DNA of 64,000 nucleotides, from positions 294,663-358,662 of the forward strand of contig CAVXEY010000006.1 of assembly GCA_963760885.1 (NCBI GenBank), read 5' to 3'. Position numbers and translations under genes: made by a program. The notes below the pieces were generated by a model that was not told the origin of the DNA, ran no database searches, and was given only the letters and a program-made list of their open reading frames with translations. This document shows positions 33,103 to 45,912 of this stretch, in pieces (positions within the stretch are counted from its first letter, which is position 1; each line of letters starts with the position of its first letter). Source of the DNA: an uncultured delta proteobacterium. GTDB lineage: Bacteria > Desulfobacterota > Deferrimicrobia > Deferrimicrobiales > Deferrimicrobiaceae.

Positions 33103-33702
33103 ATGATGCATCCAGGAAAACAGGACAGGATCGGCGCATCGATCCTCGGCTTGATGGCGATGATCGGAATCGTCCTCCTGTTGGGAACGGTTGGGCTTGC
33201 CCAGCAAACACATCAAGAGGAAAGGGGAACCGGCGGATTCAGGGAATTGGGATGGGGGGTTTCCATCGAGCAGGCATCGAAGATCTATCAGGATTTGTAT
33301 TTTGAAAAATACGTGATTTCCGAGGGCAATGAGGAACCGTGGAAAGTGTATGTCCGCAAAATGGAGCACGAGGGAATAGAGAATGTAACGTTCGATTCCA
33401 TCGAATATTGGTTCAGGGGAGACCATTTTTTTCAAATCACGGCGGAATTACATTCTAGAATCGGTCCAAGAACCATGGTTACACACGCGGAAGACGCTTT
33501 CGACAAGATGAACGGCAGATTGAGGCACCGGTACGGAGACCCGTCCGACCACAAAGTCGATTACGTCACCGAATTCATCGTGGTGGTGAGGGAGGCGACC
33601 TGGATCGTGGATCATTCCGCCATTACCATCAAATACGAGGGTACCGGGAGGACCAACGAGGACCTGTTTACATTGCGAATACGGGAAAAGCCCAAACGGT
33701 GA
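33103..33702 (+). CDS. Secreted/periplasmic hypothetical protein
   Basis: gggagg RBS, hydrophobic signal ending VGLA-QQ, then GFRELGWG; visibly more AT-rich. Confidence 0.65.
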   Translation: MMHPGKQDRIGASILGLMAMIGIVLLLGTVGLAQQTHQEERGTGGFRELGWGVSIEQASKIYQDLYFEKYVISEGNEEPWKVYVRKMEHEGIENVTFDSIEYWFRGDHFFQITAELHSRIGPRTMVTHAEDAFDKMNGRLRHRYGDPSDHKVDYVTEFIVVVREATWIVDHSAITIKYEGTGRTNEDLFTLRIREKPKR

Positions 33703-33721
33703 TTCGAAAGGAGAGAGGATT

Positions 33722-35564
33722 TTGAGCCTTCGTCAAAAATTGGCCCTCGGTTTCGGTGGTATGCTGATCATCATCGCCGCGATCGGGATCCACAACATCA
33801 CGCGGATCAACGCCCTGGGACAATCCATCGACGTGATCCTCCGCGAAAATTACCGGAGCGTCGTCGCCTGCCAGGAGATGAAGGACGCCCTGGGACGGAT
33901 GGACAGCGGGGCGGTGTTCGTGATCCTGGGCGCAGAGCAGAAGGGGAACGACCAGATCGCGCAGAACGAGGCGCGTTTCGAGAAGGCGCTCGAGATCGAA
34001 TTGGGAAACATAACGCTTTCGGGGGAGGGTGAAAAGGCGGAGCGGCTGAAACTGCTTTTCGGACAATTCCGGTCGGCCATCACTGTGATGGCCAACCCCG
34101 CGTTCGGGCGTGAAGCGCGCCGTAAAACCTATTTCGACGAGCTTCTCCCCCTGTTCCAGCGGGTGGAGAAGACGGCGGACGAAATCCTCCGGATGAACCA
34201 GGAAAACATGGTGGCGATGGATTCGCGGGCTCGTCGGCAGGCGCAATCGGTGCGAAGGCAGATGTACATGATGCTCCTCGCCGCTACCATCGTCGCGGCG
34301 GGTTTCCTGTTTCTGACGGGGAATTGGATCCTGCGGCCGATTACCCGGCTGACGAATTCCGCCAAAGAGATCCAGAAAGGGAATCTGGATCTCGTCGTCC
34401 CCGGCGGATCCAGCGACGAGATCGGCCAGCTCTCCGAGGCGTTCAACGAGATGACGACAAGCCTCCGGGAATTCCGACGCAGCGGCCAGGCACGGCTACT
34501 GAGGATCCAGCGATCCACCCAGCAGGCGTTCGACAGTCTCCCCGAGGCGATCGCCGTGCTCAACCCGGAGGGAGAAGTGGAGGTTGCGACCGAGGCGGCG
34601 GGGGAGGCGTTTGGCCTGAGGCTGAAAGTCCGCCTGCCGGATGTCCCGTATCCGTGGATGACTACCCTGTTCGAGGAGGCCCTGCGGAAGGGCCGTACGG
34701 TGGAACCCGAGGGAATGGAGGCCGTCGTGCAGCAGTTCGTCCGGAACGAGGAGAGGTTCTACCGCCCGAAAGCCGTGCCGATCCTCGACCCGGGGGGAGA
34801 GCCGGCAGGCGTGGTCCTGATCCTCCACGACGTGACGCAACAGCGGCAGCTGGACGAGAAAAAGAGCGGAGCGGTCTCGGCGGTCTCCCACCAACTGAAA
34901 ACGCCGCTTACCTCCATTCGCATGGCGCTGCATCTGTTGCTCGAGGAAAAGGTCGGGGGAATTACGCCCAAGCAGTCGGACCTGCTGGTGGCCGCAAGCG
35001 AGGACGCCGACAGGCTCCACGATATTATCGAAAAGCTGCTGGACATCGGCCACCTGGAATCCGGAAGGGTGCAACTGGACCTGAGCCCCATATCGCCAAA
35101 GGAAATCATTTCGATGGAGGCAGAGCCGTTCCGGAATACCGCCCGCGACGGGGGCGTCACCCTGTCCATCGACCTGCCGGTCGATCTCCCGGATGTATGG
35201 GTGGATCCGGCCCGCATCGAGCACGTTTTCTCCAACCTCTTGTCCAATGCCCTGAAATACACCTCGCCCGGCGGGAGCGTCAGCCTCACCGCAAAGGAGG
35301 AGGGGGATTTCGTGCAATTTGCCGTCACCGATACCGGCGTGGGTATTCCCGAGCGGTTCCTTCCGCAGGATCTTCGATCCGTTCTTCCGGGTTCCCGGCC
35401 AGGGGCGGGAGACGGGTGCGGGGCTGGGGTTGGCCATCGTGGAGGACATCGTGGAGGCACACGGCGGGACTGTCGGGGTGGAAAGCATGGAGGGGAAGGG
35501 GAGCACATTCCATTTTACCTTGCGGATCGCAGAGGATGACGTGGTGGAAAGGAGACAGACATGA
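33722..35564 (+). CDS. Sensor histidine kinase (2 TM, HAMP, PAS, HisKA, HATPase), frameshift near 35365
   Basis: DEIGQLSEAFN, SHQLKTPLTSI, NLLSNALKY, DTGVGI; IFDPFFRV, GAGLGL and GKGSTF lie in the shifted frame. Confidence 0.88.
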
Positions 35565-35644
35565 TCGACGGGATCTACCTGGGGGTCACCATCGCCGTGT
35601 TCGGGCTGTGCGCCCTGTTCGCGCATTTCCTCGAAAGGATGTGA
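35561..35644 (+). CDS. 27-aa hydrophobic peptide upstream of kdpF (not in ORF track)
   Basis: aaggag RBS; MIDGIYLGVTIAVFGLCALFAHFLERM; ATGA overlap with the kinase stop. Confidence 0.7.
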   Translation: MIDGIYLGVTIAVFGLCALFAHFLERM

Positions 35645-35648
35645 GCCC

Positions 35649-35732
35649 ATGCTGGATATCGTCGTCGGCGTCGTCGGCGTCCTGCTGATCGGGTACCTGT
35701 TCGTCTCGGTCGTCCGACCCGAGAAATTCTAG
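35649..35732 (+). CDS. kdpF: K+-transporting ATPase subunit F (not in ORF track)
   Basis: MLDIVVGVVGVLLIGYLFVSVVRPEKF with the YL..PEKF motif. Confidence 0.9.
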   Translation: MLDIVVGVVGVLLIGYLFVSVVRPEKF

Positions 35733-35747
35733 GATAGAGGCCTCCCC

Positions 35748-37549
35748 ATGGATCTCTTCGGATGGATACAGCTTGCGCTTTTCCTGGGCCTTCTCCTGCT
35801 GGTCACCCGGCCGATGGGCGTGTATCTGTACCGGGTCCTGGACCCGCAAGGGAAGACGTTCCTCGACCCCGTGTTGAAACCCGTCGAGCGGCTCTGCTAC
35901 CGGCTGATGCGGGTCGATCCGATGGCCGAGCAGGACTGGAAACGGTACGCCGTTTCCCTCCTCCTGTTCAGCCTGGTCAGCACCGTCTTCACCTATGCGA
36001 TTCTGCGCCTGCAGCGCCTGCTGCCGCTCAACCCGCAGCGTCTTGGCCCCGTGAGCGCACCCCTCGCCTTCAACACGGCGGTGAGCTTCACCTCGAACAC
36101 GAACTGGCAGAACTATGGGGGGGAGTCGACGATGTCGTACTTCTCCCAGATGGTGGGACTCGCCTTTCACAATTTTGTCTCCGCCGCCGCCGGCATCGCC
36201 GTGGCCGCGGCGCTCGTGCGGGGGATCGCCCGGCACACGGCAAAACGGTGGGGAACTTCCTGGTGGACCTTGTCCGGGTGACCCTTTACCTGCTGCTCCC
36301 CTTGTGCCTCTTCTACGCGGTCTTCCTGGTTTCCCAGGGGATGATCCAGAACTTCAAGCCGTATGAAAGCGCAAGGCTCGTCGAGCCGATGACCGTGGAC
36401 GCGCCGAAATTGGACGCACAGGGTCAGCCGGTCAAGGACGGGAAGGGAAACCCGGTCACGGAGAAACAGGTCGTGGAGTCGCAGACCATCGTGCAGGGGC
36501 CGATGGCCTCGCAGGTGGCGATCAAGATGTTAGGGACCAACGGGGGCGGGTACACCAACGCCAACGCGTCCCACCCGTACGAGAACCCGACGCCCCTGTC
36601 GAATTTCCTCCAGATCTTCTCGATCTTTTTGATCCCGAGCGGCCTCACCTATTACCTGGGACGCATGGTGAAGAACCAGAAGCACGGCTGGTCGGTGTGG
36701 AGCGCGATGGCCGTCTTGTTCCTCGCCGGGGTGCTCCTTTGCTGGTGGGCAGAAGCCACGGGGAATCCTCGCCTGAACGCGGTCGGTGTTGATGCCGCTG
36801 GAGGGAACATGGAGGGGAAGGAGGTCCGCTTCGGGATCTTTTCCTCCGCCCTGTTCGTCACCGTGACCACGGACGCCTCCTGCGGGGCGGTGAACACGAT
36901 GCACGACTCCTTGACGCCGCTGGGCGGGATGGTCCCGCTGATCAACATGCACCTGGGGGAGGTGGCCTTCGGAGGCGTGGGCGCGGGTCTCTACGGCATG
37001 CTGGTCTTCGTGACCCTGACGGTCTTCCTGGCGGGGTTGATGGTGGGCCGGACGCCGGAATACCTGGGGAAGAAGATCGAGTCGTACGACGTGAAGGTCA
37101 GCGCGCTCGCCGTGCTCCTGCTCATCTTCGACATCATGGTGTTCACGGCGTGGGCGGTGGTCAGCCGATGGGGCCTCGCCGGCCTGAACAACGCGGGGCC
37201 GCACGGCTTCAGCGAGATCCTGTACGCCTTCTCCTCGGCCTCGGCCAACAACGGGAGCGCGTTCGCGGGACTGTCTGCCAATACTCCCTGGTACAACACG
37301 ACGCTGGCGATCGCCATGATGATCGGCCGGTTCTTCTTCATCGTGCCCGTCCTCGCGTTGGCCGGGAACCTGGCGAAGAAGAAGATCGTCCCGGAAAGCG
37401 GCGGATCCTTCCCCGTTTCCGGCGTGACGTTCGTCGTTCTGCTGGTTGGCACGGTCCTGATCGTCGGCGTCCTGTCGTTCTTTCCGGCGCTTTCCATGGG
37501 GCCCATCGTCGAGCATTTCCTGATGGTCCATTCCAACGTCGTCTTCTAG
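35748..37549 (+). CDS. kdpA: K+-transporting ATPase subunit A, frameshift at the A4 run near 36243
   Basis: [38 protein letters not shown]. Confidence 0.92.
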
Positions 37550-37565
37550 AGAGGAATTCTCCTCG

Positions 37566-39589
<2,024 letters not shown>

Positions 39590-39601
39590 GGAGGAAGGTC
39601 C

Positions 39602-40184
39602 ATGAAGAACCTTGTCGAGGAGCTCCGGGCATCCGTCGTCGCCACGCTGCTGCTGGCGGTCCTGTGCGGCGGGGATCTATCCGGCGTCGTTTGGGCCGTC
39701 GGCCAGGGACTGTTTCCCGGCAAAGCCAATGGCTCCCTGCTCCAGGTGGACGGGAAGATCGCGGGATCCTCCCTCCTTGCCCAAGCGTTCACCGCTCCGC
39801 AATATTTCCACCCCCGGCCGTCGGCGGCGGGGCAGGGGTACGACGCCGCCGATTCCGGGGGTACGAATCTTGGGCCCACGTCGAAAAAACTGATCGAGGA
39901 CGTGAGGAAGACGGGTCGCGGACTACCGGGCGGAAAACGGACTGCCTCCCGATGCCCCCGTGCCGGCCGACGCCGTGACGTCCTCGGCGAGTGGGCTGGA
40001 TCCCCACATCAGCATCCGGAATGCCTCGCTGCAGGCGGCCCGCGTCGCGAAGGCGCGCGGCGTCGGTGAAAGAGAGGTCCTGGCGATGGTCGAGGCACAC
40101 ACGGAAGGAAGAACCCTGGGGTTCCTGGGGGAACCCAGAGTAAACGTCCTGACGCTGAATCTTGCCCTGGACGGGAAAATGTAA
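39602..40184 (+). CDS. kdpC: K+-transporting ATPase subunit C, several frameshifts
   Basis: [50 protein letters not shown]. Confidence 0.9.
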
Positions 40185-40189
40185 ACGGC

Positions 40190-42007
40190 ATGCTGGAAGA
40201 GCGAGCCGACACCTTCCTCCGATTGATCCGCCGCGCGGGCCGCGGCCGGCTGAAGGTGTACCTCGGGTACGGCGCCGGCGTCGGGAAAACGTACCAGATG
40301 CTCCTGGAAGGGCACCGCCTCATGGACGAGGGGATCGACGTCGTCGCCGGGCTCGTGGAGACCCACGGCCGGGCGGAAACCGCGAAGCTGATCGAGGGAC
40401 TTGAAGTCGTCCCGCGCCGCCGCCAGGAATACCGGGGTGTGGTCATCGAGGAGATGGACCTCGACGCCGTCCTCGCTCGAAAACCCCAGGTCGCCCTCAT
40501 CGACGAACTGGCGCATACCAACATTCCGGGGAGTCGGAACCCCAAGAGGTACCAGGATGTCCTTGACATCCTGGCCGAGGGGATCCACGTCATCACCACG
40601 TTGAACATCCAGCATCTGGAGAGCCTCTACGACATCGTGGAGAAGGCGACCCACATCCGGATCCGCGAGCGGATACCGGATGTGGTGCTCGGCGAGGCGG
40701 ACCAGCTCGTCAACGTCGACCTGACGACCGAGGATCTCCGGAAACGCCTGCTGGAGGGGAAGGTCTACCCATCGGAGCGGATCCAGACCGCGCTGGAGAA
40801 TTTTTTCAAGGAGACGAACCTGGAGAAGCTCCGCGAGTTGACCCTCCGGGAGCTCGCCTCGCAGATCGACCAGCGGCGGCGAGAGACCCCGGAAGAGGAG
40901 GCCGTCGCGGCCCCGGACCAGATCATGGTGTGCCTGAGTTCCCGCAGCCCCAGGAGCGAGGCACTGCTCCGGCACGCATCCCGGGTGGCGGGAAAACTCA
41001 ACCGGAATTGGTACGCCGTCTACGTTCAGACCCCCTCCGAGGAGCCGACGGTCATCGACGCACAGACACAACGCCTCCTCTCCGGCACCCTGACCCTCGC
41101 CAAACAGCTGGGGGCGATGGTCTTCACGTACAAGGGGGAGGACATCGCGGACACGATTCTCCGCTTTGCCCGGGAATACCGGGTCGGGACCATCGTCGTG
41201 GGCAGCCCGACCCCTCTCCCCGCCTGGAAGCGTTGGATGGGGGGAAGCAGCACGGTGGACCGGCTGATCCACGACGCGAAGGGGATGACCGTCGTCGTTC
41301 TCGACACACGGGAGGAAGAGGCGGCGCACCCGAGGCCGACACCGGAGAGGGGAACAAGCGAAGCTCCGCCCGCGCGGCCCACCGAAGGAACGGTTCCTCC
41401 CGCTTCGAAACTGCCGATCCTGAGCAGCCTGATCAGCCCGCGCGGCATCGTGATATGGAACCAGCCGGTGCGGAAGGAGATCGCACTGCGCACGTTGGTG
41501 GACGCCGCGGTCGGTGGCCACGGGATCGGGGACCCCGCGGCGATCCTCGGTCTGATCCTGAAACGGGAGGAAGAGGGGTCGACGTTCTTCAACGAAGGGG
41601 TTGCGTTCCCCCACGCGCGTGTCGAGGCCCTGGAATATCCGGTCGTCGCCATGGGCGTAACCCGGCAGGGGGTGGAGGATGTTTCCCTCGAAAAGCCGGT
41701 GGAGTACATCTTCCTGGTCCTGACGCCCGCGGAGTCTCCCGACACACAGGTCCGGATCCTGGGGCTCCTCGCGCGGATCTCCCGGAACCGGCACCTTCTC
41801 CTTAAGTTCCAATCGTGTCGCACACCGGAAGAGGTCCTCTCGGCCGTTCAGGATTGGGAGGCGCAGCAGGGAGTCGGCGGCGTCGAACCCGACCTGTTTT
41901 TCTTAGGTAACCTTCTGAAGAGCCTTAAGCCCCCGGAACCTTTCGGAAGATTGCGGTATCTGGAAATGAGGAGAGGGAGGCGGAACCATCGGCGGCGGTG
42001 TTTCTAG
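40190..42007 (+). CDS. Soluble KdpD N-terminal sensor + USP domain fused to a PTS EIIA (Ntr/Fru-type) domain
   Basis: GRLKVYLGYGAGVGKT, DELAHTN, KRYQDV; USP IMVCLSS; EIIA REEEGSTFFNEGVAFPHAR; no TM or kinase domain; extreme C-terminus uncertain. Confidence 0.85.
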   Translation: MLEERADTFLRLIRRAGRGRLKVYLGYGAGVGKTYQMLLEGHRLMDEGIDVVAGLVETHGRAETAKLIEGLEVVPRRRQEYRGVVIEEMDLDAVLARKPQVALIDELAHTNIPGSRNPKRYQDVLDILAEGIHVITTLNIQHLESLYDIVEKATHIRIRERIPDVVLGEADQLVNVDLTTEDLRKRLLEGKVYPSERIQTALENFFKETNLEKLRELTLRELASQIDQRRRETPEEEAVAAPDQIMVCLSSRSPRSEALLRHASRVAGKLNRNWYAVYVQTPSEEPTVIDAQTQRLLSGTLTLAKQLGAMVFTYKGEDIADTILRFAREYRVGTIVVGSPTPLPAWKRWMGGSSTVDRLIHDAKGMTVVVLDTREEEAAHPRPTPERGTSEAPPARPTEGTVPPASKLPILSSLISPRGIVIWNQPVRKEIALRTLVDAAVGGHGIGDPAAILGLILKREEEGSTFFNEGVAFPHARVEALEYPVVAMGVTRQGVEDVSLEKPVEYIFLVLTPAESPDTQVRILGLLARISRNRHLLLKFQSCRTPEEVLSAVQDWEAQQGVGGVEPDLFFLGNLLKSLKPPEPFGRLRYLEMRRGRRNHRRRCF

Positions 42008-42235
42008 CGCCATGCGGAACTACGATTTGGAATTCACAATCCGCCGAATTCCTTTAATGAAAGTGTGCAATACCCGGTGCGCGCGCCACTCCGTGCCGCC
42101 ACCCGTTTTTCCGTGGCACCTCGGCCCGGGTTGCGGAAACCCGCAACCCGGGCCGAGGGCGTCACCGGATCGGCGTACTCGTCGAAGTTCTCCAGGGACA
42201 TCCCGGTCGTCCGCCGGATCTCCGGTCGATCGGTT

Positions 42236-43621
42236 TTACCACTCCGCGCGGCGGTTTTCCGCGTGGCGGGGAGCCGGCTTGCTCGCTCCGAACCCCGGAG
42301 TCCACTTCGAATCGCGGCGTGACCGGCCGGGGCGGCCGTCGGGACGCGTGCCGGAGGCGCCGTTCTTTTCCCGGCGGTTCGGCACGCCGTTGGCGTGCGC
42401 CGTCGCGCCGTGCGCCTGCCGCGGGTCGAGGTTCGTCGGTGTCCCGGCGCCGTACCCGGAGCGGTACGGATGGTCCTCCACCACCGGAAGGTGTTTGTGG
42501 ATGAGCCGTTCGATATCGGCGAGGAAGGGGCGCTCGTCGACGGAGCAGAACGACAGCGCGATCCCGGAGGCGCCGGCCCGGCCCGTGCGGCCGATCCGGT
42601 GGACGTAGCTTTCCGGCTCGTTCGGGAGGTCGAAGTTGACCACGTGCGACAGGTCGACGATGTCGAGGCCCCGGGCGGCGATGTCCGTCGCCACGAGCAC
42701 CCGCGTCACGCCCCGCTTGAAGCCCGAAAGCGCCTTCTCGCGTGCGTTCTGCGATTTGTTGCCGTGGATCGCCTCCGCCCGGACCGCGTACCGCTCGAGC
42801 TGCTTGGTGACCGCGTCGGCGCCGTGCTTGGTGCGCGTGAAGACGAGCGCGTTCTTGATGGCAGGTCCGTCCAGGAGATGCTTGAGGAGCTTGATCTTTT
42901 CGGATTTCTCCACGAAGTGCACATGTTGCTCCACGGCCTCGGCGGGGGTCGCCACCGGGGATACGGCCACCCGGATCGGGTCGCGAAGGATGGTGTCCGC
43001 GAGCCCCTGGATCTCCCTCGGCATCGTCGCCGAGAAGAAGAGGGTCTGCCGCTTCGCGGGCAGCTGGTCGATCACCCGCCGGATGTCGTGGATGAAGCCC
43101 ATGTCGAGCATCCGGTCGGCCTCGTCGAGGACGAACGTTTCGACGGTCCGCAGCTGCACGAGTCCCTGCGACATCAGGTCGAGGAGCCGTCCGGGCGTGG
43201 CGACGAGGATGTCGATCCCGCGCCGGAGCGCCTGCGACTGCGGCCCCTGGTTGACGCCGCCGAAGACGATGGCGTGCTTGAGGGCCGTGTGCCTGCCGTA
43301 CGCGCCGAAGCTCTCCGCGATCTGGGAGGCCAGTTCCCGCGTCGGCGTCAGCACGAGGACGCGGATGGGTCGCCGCCCGGTCCCTCTCCAGGGAGTTCCC
43401 TGGAGGCGGTGGAGGATCGGTAGCGCGAAGGCGGCCGTCTTCCCGGTGCCGGTCTGGGCGCAGCCGATCAGGTCCTTCCCCTCGAGCACGATGGGGATCG
43501 CCTTCTCCTGGATGGGGGTCGGGACGGTGTAGTTCTTCTCCGCGACGGCGCGGAGGATCTCGGGACGGAGCCCGAACTCTTCAAACGTGTTCTTCTTTTC
43601 CAACAGCGGTTCTGTCTGCAT
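42236..43621 (-). CDS. DEAD-box RNA helicase (RhlE-like)
   Basis: [36 protein letters not shown]. Confidence 0.95.
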   Translation of the reverse strand: MQTEPLLEKKNTFEEFGLRPEILRAVAEKNYTVPTPIQEKAIPIVLEGKDLIGCAQTGTGKTAAFALPILHRLQGTPWRGTGRRPIRVLVLTPTRELASQIAESFGAYGRHTALKHAIVFGGVNQGPQSQALRRGIDILVATPGRLLDLMSQGLVQLRTVETFVLDEADRMLDMGFIHDIRRVIDQLPAKRQTLFFSATMPREIQGLADTILRDPIRVAVSPVATPAEAVEQHVHFVEKSEKIKLLKHLLDGPAIKNALVFTRTKHGADAVTKQLERYAVRAEAIHGNKSQNAREKALSGFKRGVTRVLVATDIAARGLDIVDLSHVVNFDLPNEPESYVHRIGRTGRAGASGIALSFCSVDERPFLADIERLIHKHLPVVEDHPYRSGYGAGTPTNLDPRQAHGATAHANGVPNRREKNGASGTRPDGRPGRSRRDSKWTPGFGASKPAPRHAENRRAEW

Positions 43622-43803
43622 CTTCTCTCTTCTCCTGACGTTTTTTCACCAAGCACAACCGGTGGGCGGGACAGTGTGCCCGTCCGATCTTCCGCACGGT
43701 GAAATCTCGGGAGAAGCTGGATGGCCCGGCCGGGGTGCCGGGCTGCTCCTTCGAAAGGACCCTTGGGGGAGAGGATTGCGTCTGGGATATTTGAACTGAC
43801 GAC

Positions 43804-43832
43804 ACCATAGCATCTTGTTTCCCGATCCGCAA
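43804..43832 (-). promoter_or_regulatory. Sigma70-type promoter of the helicase gene, implying a leader of about 175 nt
   Basis: TTGCGG, 17 bp, TGcTATGGT on the minus strand. Confidence 0.5.
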
Positions 43833-43871
43833 GCGATCACTTTCCATCGGCGACAAGGATATAATCCCCTG

Positions 43872-44651
43872 GTGGATGATTTCACCCATCGGGAGGTGCC
43901 GCGTCTCGGCCGGCGGCTCTTCCGCCTCGGCCTTTCCGGCTCCTTCGGTCTCGACGAGGCGGGGTGCCGCGAAGCGCTCGAGCGCGTGCAATACGTCTTC
44001 TGGTCTCCCCGGATGAAGGCGCTGACCCCCGCCCTCCGGGACGCCCTCGCGCGGGACCGCGACCGGTACGTGGTCTCCGCCGGCCCCCTCCTCGGGTATT
44101 TCCCCGGCGCCGTCCGCCGCGCGGCCGAGGCGGCGCTGCGGACTCTCGGGGTCGATTCCCTGGACGTCTTCCAGCTCTACTGGCTCGGGAAGATGTCCGC
44201 GTTCACCGCCGCCGTCCGGGAAGAGATGCACCGGCTCCGGGAAGAGGGGAAAGTCCGCGCGCTGGGGGTCTCGATCCACGACCGGCCGCGGGCCGGAATA
44301 CTGGCGGAGGAGTCGAACCTCGACCTCCTGATGATCCGTTACAACGCCGCGCACCCCGGCGCCGAGGCGGAGATCTTCCCGCACCTGGCCCGTCGCCGTC
44401 CCGCCGTGGTCGCCTACACCGCGACGTCGTGGCGAAAGCTGCTTCGCGCTCCCGGCGGCTGGAAAGGAAAGGTCCCGACGGCGGGCGACTGCTACCGGTT
44501 CTGCCTCGCGAGCCCGCACGTGGACGTGGTGCTCACCGGCCCCCGGAGCGGGACCGAGCTTCGGGAGAACCTGGCGGCCGTCGACCGGGGACCGCTCTCC
44601 CCCGCGGAGATGGAGGGGATGCGCGCGTTCGGGCGCGCGGTACACGGGTAG
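43872..44651 (+). CDS. Short, degenerate aldo/keto reductase-fold protein
   Basis: LRTLGVDSLDVFQL, GKVRALGVSIH, RYN, VLTGP; TATAAT at 43860. Confidence 0.8.
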   Translation: MDDFTHREVPRLGRRLFRLGLSGSFGLDEAGCREALERVQYVFWSPRMKALTPALRDALARDRDRYVVSAGPLLGYFPGAVRRAAEAALRTLGVDSLDVFQLYWLGKMSAFTAAVREEMHRLREEGKVRALGVSIHDRPRAGILAEESNLDLLMIRYNAAHPGAEAEIFPHLARRRPAVVAYTATSWRKLLRAPGGWKGKVPTAGDCYRFCLASPHVDVVLTGPRSGTELRENLAAVDRGPLSPAEMEGMRAFGRAVHG

Positions 44652-44721
44652 CGCGGGACGTTGCGCAAGGAACCGCGGCGGCGCCCAGGCGCGCACGCCC
44701 CCGGGCAAGGAGGGACGCACG

Positions 44722-45912
44722 ATGCGATCCAGAACGACCCGCAGGGATTTCCTTCGGATGATGGGCGCGGCGACCGGAGTCGCGTTGGGCGCGACGCTGC
44801 CCGGGATCCCGCCGGGCGCGTCGGGCGCGACCAGCCCGACCCCTGCCCGGCCGGAAAAGCGGCCGTTGGGGAAGACCGGGTTCCGTGTCGGGACCGTGGG
44901 GTTCGGCGCGATGACCACCCGCGATCCGGAAGTGATCCGGTTCGCCGTCGACCGGGGCGTGGACTACGTCGACACGGCGGCCCGCTACATGGGGGGCGAG
45001 AACGAGCGGATCGTCGGCAGGGCGCTGGCCGGCATCCGGGACAAGGTGGTCCTCGCGACCAAGGTGAAGATCGGCGATACGGACCAGATGCTCCTGACCG
45101 CCGAGAACAGCCTGCGCTCCCTGAAGGTCGACGTCATCGACCTTCTCCAGCTCCACAACGTCAGCACCGAAGACAGAGGTGGCCGACGAGCGGCCCCGCG
45201 AGGCCTTTCGTAAGCTGCTCGACCAGGGGAAGGTCCGCGCCGTGGGGGTCACGACCCACAGCGGGCAGGAAACCGTCCTGCGCGCCGTGGCGAAACACGG
45301 GTTCTACAAGACGGTCCTCGTGGCGTACAACTTCCGCTCCGAGACGGGGTCCACGGCAACGGGAAGGGAGCGCTCCGGAGATGCCTCGCGGGACTCTCGA
45401 ACACGATCCGGGAGGTTGCCGGATCCGGGATCGGCGTCATCGCGATGAAAACCCAGGCCGGGGGGTACGCGTCGCCCCCGGGGGGATTGAGCCCCCACCA
45501 GGCGGCGCTCGCCTGGGTCCTCGCCAATCCCGGCGTGACCCTGGCGATCCCGGGGATGACGAGCTACGCCCAGGTCGAGGAGAACCTCGGGGCGCGCGGC
45601 AGGCGGTTCGCGCTCGCCGACCGGATCGCCCTCCGCCGGTACGCGCTCGAGATCGGGGATCGTCATTGCGGCCTGTGCGGCGCGTGCGGCGGCGTATGCC
45701 CCCGCGGCGTGGAGGTCCCGAACGTGCTGCGTGCGCTTACGTACCTCGAGGGGTACCGGGAGGAGGATCTCGCGCGCTCCGCCTACGGTTCCCTCCCCCC
45801 GGGCCGGAACGCCGCGGCCTGCGGGGAGTGCGAGGCGTGCCTCGTCGCGTGCCGGTTGCGGCTGCCGGTGGGGCGGCTCGCGCGAAGGGCCCACGCGCGG
45901 CTCGCCGGATGA
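44722..45912 (+). CDS. Tat-signal aldo/keto reductase with a C-terminal Fe-S domain, two frameshifts (about 45175 and 45360-45400)
   Basis: TRRDFL, DTAARY, LATK, LQLHN, GKVRAVGVTTH, IAMK, CGLCGAC..C and CGECEAC..C across three ORFs. Confidence 0.8.

Noticed and set aside
42012..42608. Plus-strand ORF after the KdpD-EIIA gene as a possible KdpE
   Set aside because: No receiver or winged-helix motifs; largely antisense to the helicase.
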